Origin: Raillietiella orientalis
Taxonomy: Eukaryota
Assembly (NCBI GenBank): GCA_036172245.1
Contig: JAYWIR010000003.1
Coordinates: forward strand, 744,001-808,000
Direction of reading: 5' to 3'
DNA length: 64,000 nucleotides
Shown: positions 56,735 through 64,000 of the stretch, one piece after another
How the letters are laid out: every line of letters begins with the position of its first letter
Position numbering within the stretch: position 1 is the stretch's first letter
The notes under the pieces: generated by a model
The model's database searches: none
Told to the model about the DNA's origin: nothing
What the model saw: only the letters and a program-made list of their open reading frames with translations
Made by a program: the position numbers and the translations under genes

Positions 56735-59700
56735 TGGAGTCTGGGGAGGGCAGCATGTGGGGTTCACTCGTCCCGCACGCTCCGCGGGCAACCCCTCCCA
56801 TCGGTGCGCTCACCCCCGAGTCGCAGCAGCTCCAAGGGGACTGCTTCCCCCGGGAGAACGGAACAGGGGCCGGACCCGCCGGCGAAGGGGAAAGAGAGAG
56901 GAAGAGTTGGAAGTGCACGCCCTCCCTGCCACCTTGGCTCTCCCGCGGTGACGCAACAGAGGCACCTAGAGCAGCGGCACCTCACGCATTCGCGTGTTTA
57001 CGCCGCATTCCATCGGATGTAGGTGACGTCATTGCTCCTGCTGGCCAATCGCCGCCATTCGGTGCGCGCTCTCGTGTTTTTTTCTTCTTTTCCATCTGGC
57101 TATTTCCGAGATCGACGACAAACATCCGGGTCGTTGTTTTCGAAGACATCCGATGCCGAAAGGGGAAACGCCGGTGCTCGATTTCCCAACTGGCGCTCAA
57201 CTTCCTTCGCCTCCCGGTGTTGCTTTCCTGCTCGTTTCCTTTTTCCCGCTCCCGCTCCTCCCCCTCCCTTCCCCCCCCCCAACCCCGCGTTTTTCCACCA
57301 ACGTTGCGAAAGCCAGCAGCCCGAAACCGTGGTTGAGAAACTGCGTCTGACGCAACAACGGTCTCATGGCGGCGCCGGCAGTTTCCTTCTCTACGAGCGT
57401 CCTCGTTGGTAAGCAGCGGACCTCCTCCCCGCGCGCGGTCCGCACTCCGTTCGTCTCTTTCTCAACTTCGGACTGATGCCAGAATCGACGGCAGCACTCC
57501 ACGAGAAGAGCGGTTTCTCCTGCAGAGGGGGGGGGGGGAAGGAGGAGGAGGAGGAGGAGGAAGGAAGGAAAAAAATTACGACGTAAACGCCAACTGCTCC
57601 TCCTCCGAGGAGGAACCTCTTGCGCTTCTCTTTTGGTACGTGCCCTTCGCAGTGCCGCTCTTGCTAGCAGTGACAGCAAGACGCGGGAAGCTCCCGCTCA
57701 CCGCTCGCCAGCATCTCCTCAACTAGGAATCAGCCGATCCATTCATGGAGAGATTTGACGAGTTGCAGATTCGCTATCGAAACTTCCCGAGCTAATGCGT
57801 AGCGAGCAGGCGGTGACGTAGCGACGCGGCTTTGCTGCGTAGATTTCCTCGAAAGCGTAAACACGGGCTCGTAGTGAGACCTATTTTTATGCAGGTTTTA
57901 TTTACCGGAGATACGATTACGTCACCGGAGAGCCCGGCTTTTCGCGGGACAAACGCTACCGTTTCGCTGCACGCTGAATGACGCCGCCAGTGTATGTGTG
58001 TGTGTGCGTTTTTTTTTTTTTTCCCCCGTGTTATGCAGGCGACGGTTACCATTTGCTCGATTCTTTCCACACACACCGTCCGCAAAGCTGTCCCTCGTCT
58101 ACAGCTTCCTGCTGCCGGTGTTTCGCGAAACCAGACTGGGAACCGAAGCGGTCTCTTTTAGGGAATACCTACTTCGTCTCGTTTAAGAACGTTTTTTTTC
58201 TCCCGTCTCTGCCTCCCTCTCTCCTCAGAGAGCAAATACCAATGTTATCGGGAAATAGCAAAGAAGACCGAAGACGGCATCCGGAAAGGTGCACCGAATC
58301 CGTGCAAATTTTAGGAGAGCAATACCTGCGTGCGTGCTCACACTCTGCTCAGCTACCTTTAGGGAACGAAAGTCTGGAGGGTGTCCTTGCGGCATCCGAT
58401 TAGCGGCCGAACCAAGTATCCTTGCTTCACACATTCTCGAAACGTGGGGGAACATCTTTGTCCCCATCTCTTCTCGAGCTTTGCGAATCCTTGGTCTTCC
58501 TTTCTGCTTTTCCCACCAATTTATTGCGGAAGACGTTTTTCAATTCTTCCCCCCCCCCCCCCCTTTCTTGCCTAGAGGAAAAATCCCTAGGAACGGTAGG
58601 CGGAACCGCTCCTGGAACAGACAGAGAGAACAACACATCGCGAGTTGTTCGTTTGTTCTCCAAAGGGAAGGATGCAAGTGCGAAGGCATCGGTCACCGTT
58701 TCTTTGAGAGATCTCCTTTCCGAGAACGCAGGTGGTTGGCCGATCCCTTTGCAACTTCCGCAGCCATTTCACAGCAACTGCTTTATTAAAATACTTCAGA
58801 GCCGTTACATAACGAAAAAGAAACGATTCGAAAGAAGAAGGAAAATGGACGCTCCAACGGCCCTAAATCATCATCTTGCGCAACGGTTGCTGTGACGCAG
58901 TGCGTGTGTATCGATTGTTGCGTCTGACCGTGGGTTCTCTCAGTTGTACGTGGGGGTAAATAATGGAAATTACTTTGACAGTCGTTATTCTGTGATGGCA
59001 TCCGCGGGATGAAGATGTGGAGATGTTCTGAAATTTGTTGTTTGGCTTCGCACGTCTGGTAGCTTCGTTTCGGAGCGGTACTAACGCATTCATCAAGCGG
59101 AAGTGTCTAAGAAAACCGTCGGGGATGGTGCTGTGACGTATTACTGCTTAAAACATTGTATTTCTTCACGGTATTGTGTTTCCCAGGAAAGCCACAGCGA
59201 CGGTACGCGCCTGTTTCGTGGAAAACTCTGGGTGCCAAAGCACGCACGCACACGCGCACACACACATATATACATACATACATGCACGTATGTATGTATA
59301 CCATAAATTTGCATCGTGTGCATACGTGGGCGCATTCACGTTCGCCCGTATACATGTGCACACACACCCTACTAGTGTGCGGATGAAGCAATCGAATCCG
59401 TGTATGTGCACGTATTATTACGAGCATCATTGCGATCCTGCGTTCCGATATATGTGGAGATCTGCGAGGGTTTCGAAACTCCATGTAACGGAGACGCAAA
59501 GTAAGAACGCAGGAAATAGGTGGGGGGTCCCCGGCGATTCCTGAATTGGCCCGAGGCCCCGGATTCAGTGGGATATCAGCAGTAGCAGCAGCAACGGCAT
59601 CCCTCACAAACTGGGTCACTCACTCCACAGTAAAACTCTCCTCCTCTCCCTCCTCCCTCCCTCTCTCCCTCTCCTCCTCCTCCCATCTGCCAAGCGATAC

Positions 59701-60399
59701 GCACCGATGAGGCAGCGAATTGCGAAGGGCCCTGAAGAGAGCGGCAGTGAACCAGGCGTGCGACGACGGAGCGTTCACCGTTTCATGATGCCGTTAACCC
59801 GCGCGTGCCAGGAAGGGAGCTCGGTGCTTGGGAAAAAGCAGGAAAAGCACACCCACCAAGAAGAGCACGCCCACCCTTTTCTGGACTACTTACTATACCC
59901 CTCTTCCCTTTCCTGAGGAGGAAGACTCTGCGGCGGGACCTCCGACCCGGTGGACGCTGCAAGATTCCCGTTTCTTCCCTGTTCCTCCTAACCCTTTCCT
60001 CCCAGGAGATGGATCTCCCCAGGGAGAGGAGCGCTGAAGGGGAAAATCTCCACCGCCCTGCTAAAGTTCCGGAGACCAGCCTCTGAGAGAGCTCACTCAG
60101 TCCTTCCTCCTCTGTGCGCTGCAACCAGCGTTCCCCATCTGCAGCCTTGTGGTCGCTTATTCTTCTCCCCGCTCGTTCGCCTGTACGGAAGTGCTCCTTT
60201 CTGACCGGCGCCATCGGTGAACAGAAGAGACAAGAGAGGGCACGGAATGCTGAAGAGTGGCTCTGGGACAGGATGAAAGATTTTGGAACGGTCCGAAAAA
60301 AAAAAAAACCGACTGGCCCTCCAGCTGCTCTCGCGAAAGAAACGTGGGAGGGGGAACGAGAAGGCACAGGAGGTTCTACGCTGCGGTCATCGTGGATCT

Positions 60400-61130
60400 C
60401 TCGCACGGGGAGTCTTCCTGCTCCAAGAGAGTTTCCGCTTTGTTGCGCTTTTCCTGGCGCTTCATTTGGTGGGCATTTCTTCCCTCCCGGTCTCTCCTCG
60501 CAGGCTGTCAGAAAGGAGGAAATGTGCGCTGGAACGGCGTCGTCTAACGGCAACAGGGAGACAGACTCCCCCAACAACCGGTGTTCTCCCCATCACGTCC
60601 CAGAGGATGTTCCTCGAGATCATCCGAAAATCCAGCAGCCTTTCGAGAAGGGAAAAGAAAAGGAAGGGCCACCTCTACAGAATTCTGCTGCGCATCCGGC
60701 CCATTCAAGACGGAACGCCTACACCTCCAGTGTGCCATGGAACCCAGTGATCGTATCGCACCGACTCTTTTGTGGTCACATAGGCTGGAGCAAGCGGAGC
60801 AGGGTGAGGTACCAGTTTGCAGCGGCGATAAACCGGATGCACCTCCGTGCATCCGGTTTCTTGGTGTCGCGATTCCGACTGGCGTACCAACTCTCGCGTA
60901 GGCCAACTTCTCCAACAGTTTCTTTCGGGGCCTCGGCCACGGTTCCCGTCTTTGTTCCACTGCCCACCGAGTCCGAACAGGAAAGAATACGCGACAAGGT
61001 CCAACTGACGTTTGCTGCGATTTCCGCTTTCATGCCTTTGCTCCCGACACTCAGCATGCGATGAAGATGACAGATCCGGGAAGAGGGCCGCAACACGAGC
61101 GGCAGTGTAGTATCTGGGGATTTTTACCAA
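60400..61130 (-). mobile_element. Degenerate R4/Dong-like non-LTR retrotransposon 3' region
   Basis: ACSSL...HW (CCHC/RHD region), NILWD (~60595-60610) and LPLDDAVP (~60530-60553) resemble REL-endonuclease motifs KILWD and IIDVAVP. Confidence 0.5.
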
Positions 61131-61899
61131 GGAAAAAGCTCTTGAAAATGAAAGAGAGACGCAGGTATTTCTAAAATGATCCCGCCTGAGATACTGGCAA
61201 TTTTTAATAACGGATAAGATGGAAAACCTTCCACATCTCCAACATCCAGAATTAAGATTCTCACTAATTACGCCTTTGTTCCATTTGGCTTGGTTTTACC
61301 ACAAGGTGTTGGTGTGCGTAAGACAGGAATTCGAAATCAGACTAAACGCATTGATCCATGGATGTAAACACAAGAAATGACACACAGCTGTCCGTGGACC
61401 TTAAGGTGGATTTTTACAATCATCACTTGATGCAGTTTTTTAAATGTTCCATCCTGACAACGTTCCACTCCCTTTACCTTCGCGCAACTTTCTTTTAGAA
61501 ATTATGACGACAGTTCAAAAATTAGGTTGAAAGACGATTTCTGAATTTGCCTTTCAAAATTTACTTACTTTTGCATTTTTACGATCCTACAGTTAATTTG
61601 TTTTCTCATTTGGTTTTTATTATTTCTTATGGGACAGCTAACGACAGATATCCGTTTGCGTGAACAAACATCTCTCTACGTACGTTCATATAAATATGGA
61701 AAAATAGATTTTCGTTCAGTTGATCCATTTTCGATTCTCAATAACAAAATTCGATTCAATATCCTCCTCGAATAAGAGTAATCAACTCAACACGCCAAGT
61801 CTGCACGGTGAATTAAATGGGAAAGCCAGCGCTTTGAAAAGTCTTCTTCATGTTGCTAGTCCGGATTTCTCAGAGGATGTCACAACGCAGAAAATGCAT

Positions 61900-63700
61900 G
61901 GTTTTTGGTATATGTAAAGATGGTTAACTAGTTTCTGCGATGAAATTTGTACAGATAGTGTTCTTGTCAGCTGTTCAGAATGCCTTGTGACTTCTAAACT
62001 ATTTTGTCCTCTGCATTTCCCAGCTTCAGTCACAGAGTTACAAGTTTTGCTTCAGAAAATTCAATACGCAGTTTTTTTTTTTTTTTTTTTCCCTTTCCAA
62101 AACATGCTCTGTCAAGTATTCTCAGTTTATTAACTTCAGTTTTTCACTTAGATACATTTTTTCTTCTTTCTGTTACTTTTGTTTGTAAATGCTTGATTTC
62201 TCATAATCACTTCAAATATCCCACATCGCTAATAATGCTACTAACAATTCTAATAACTGATTACAATGCGAACCTATAATTAATAGATTGGCATGAAGGA
62301 TAACGTACTTTATAGATACTTCTCAAATTATTTAATCTTATAATAAGACAGTTTAGACATATAATGATCTGTTTAGTTTGTGGAAAATTAAATGCTGGTG
62401 GTGAAAAAAAGGAATTCTTTCTTCGTAAACTCTCAGTTAATAACTGCATATTCACCACAGGAGTTCCCTTTATTTCCTTCAAATATAACGAAGACATTGT
62501 ATCAAAGGGAGTTTGAAACCATTTCCTCCTTAGATCCACTGATCCAATTTTTTTGAACTTTCATTTTCGAGGCATTGTTCCAAAGAGATTTTTGCTGTTT
62601 TAAATATGATATCAGAAGTGTATTCAACAGAAAGTGCAGTAAGTTCTGTCATCTTGGTTGCACCATCAAATATTGCCATCCCTATGAATATAATCATTTT
62701 TCAAAATATTTTGATTGAATGTAAATAGATTCCAATTCATACTTAGAGAAAACTATAGAGAATTCCAGATGAAACGAAATTTTGAAAGTAGAGATGCAAG
62801 GCTGTATTTTGATTTGTGGTTTGAAATTCTTTATTGTGTCCGAACTTTCTGAAAGTATACGATACTGTAAATGACGCTGACTTTGAAGGTGGTAACCGTG
62901 ATGCTCTGACACTCATTTAGAATGGTCTGCAAACGATTAAGCAGGTGCTTGCCCAATATTTGCATTATCGAAAATTGAGTGAGGAAAAAGTTCCATTGGA
63001 GCACCCTTGGTCAAGTTGGTTGTGCCTAGGTGAAAGAGCAAAAGTTTCTGTAATCACCGCGTAACGTTTCCAAATTCTTGTTTCAAGATGTCTACCCAGT
63101 GGAATGGCTCTGAATTATTGGGTGTACCTATGAGCGGGAAACACCATAAGAGTGCCAATTTGTGCTTGAAAAATCAAGGTTTAATAGACATAAGTAATGT
63201 GTTTTCATCGCATAAAGGAAAAGCGAACAATGTGACAAATAAAGCGCCTACGAGCCAATTGATGTCGGCAAATTTAGAAAGTAAACCTTCCTCGAAAAAT
63301 GCAGACTATCCCGAGCCAGAGTTTTTTACAGAAGAATATAATTCCTTTGATGGTAAGCATCTGTTTGAAATTACTGTGTATAGCTTTGAAATACTTAAAT
63401 CCAAATTTTGGTAATTACTGTTATTTGCTGTCAATCATGAATGTTGATATGTAAGCAAGATTAAGCAGGTTTCCTTACATCTGTTTGTAGACTACTTTGA
63501 AAATGTAATACCAGAGAAATATCGTTTTTCGAAAAAAGATTTACTACAATTGACAAATTTCTGGAGGTTACGAAAGCCTGTTGACACTGATGATGATTTG
63601 GAGCAAATAGGAGTACAGCAGATTCCAATCTCTCTTGAAGGTGACAATCTTATTTGTATCATTAAAACAGATTCTGTAATGTTTAGAGTATGATTCATTT
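61900..63700 (-). mobile_element. Degenerate hAT (ZMYM1-like) transposase remnant
   Basis: TGFRNLQK (~63570; GFxNWKK-like) and GMAIFDGATKM (~62655-62685; YDGAxxM-like); AT-rich and full of stops. Confidence 0.4.
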
Positions 63701-64000
63701 GAATGACTTGTGTACTCTGGAATAATGCTAGTGTTTAACGCATGATTTTGTATTTACTTTAGTTCTTGCCATGCCTGTCCATGATGATGATATAAGTGTT
63801 CTTGAGCCCTTGATAGGAACAAGATGATGGATGGACACCACTTTAGTCATGGGGTCTTTCCGGATGCTTTCTGGAAAGTTTGTGACAATCTTGATACGTC
63901 ATACTTGTTCAAATGTACTAGTCTCTTTGAGATTTACTGTGAAAATTAATGGAAACAAGTGTTCTCATCCAGTAAGATGCTCTGTAGATTGGTGAACTTT

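Noticed and set aside
60114..61064. 316-aa plus-strand ORF
   Set aside because: Antisense to a LINE remnant, crosses a poly-A run and shows no domain signature
1..64000. CRISPR arrays, operons, tRNA/rRNA genes or prokaryotic defence systems
   Set aside because: The sequence is intron-containing eukaryotic DNA; no repeat-spacer array, cloverleaf or rRNA signature was seen

Overview
This is eukaryotic (metazoan, probably invertebrate) genomic DNA with GT-AG introns, not a prokaryotic window. It holds two spliced protein-coding genes on the minus strand. One is WDR11: 20 exons reconstructed from ATG 19472 down to 4456, about 990 codons, with the 3' exons apparently beyond the left edge. The other is a complete Grb7/10/14-family adaptor (RA-PH-BPS-SH2; 10 exons, 55284..40278, about 569 aa). 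Introns and intergenic DNA contain a frameshifted histone H2B pseudogene (1711..2070) and many heavily decayed transposons, which I recognised by eye from residual motifs: RTE and R4/Dong-like LINEs, hAT DNA transposons, a same-strand cluster of DIRS-like tyrosine-recombinase retrotransposons and a Gypsy-like element. Composition is strongly mosaic: AT-rich at about 13.5-22.7 kb and beyond 61.2 kb, and very GC/CpG-rich at about 30-57.5 kb. Most long ORFs in the track are GC-driven artefacts. I found no convincing new multi-gene system. The best leads are an unexplained multi-hairpin island in a WDR11 intron (15360..15550) and unusual features of the Grb adaptor. All family assignments are manual motif recognition, not database searches.
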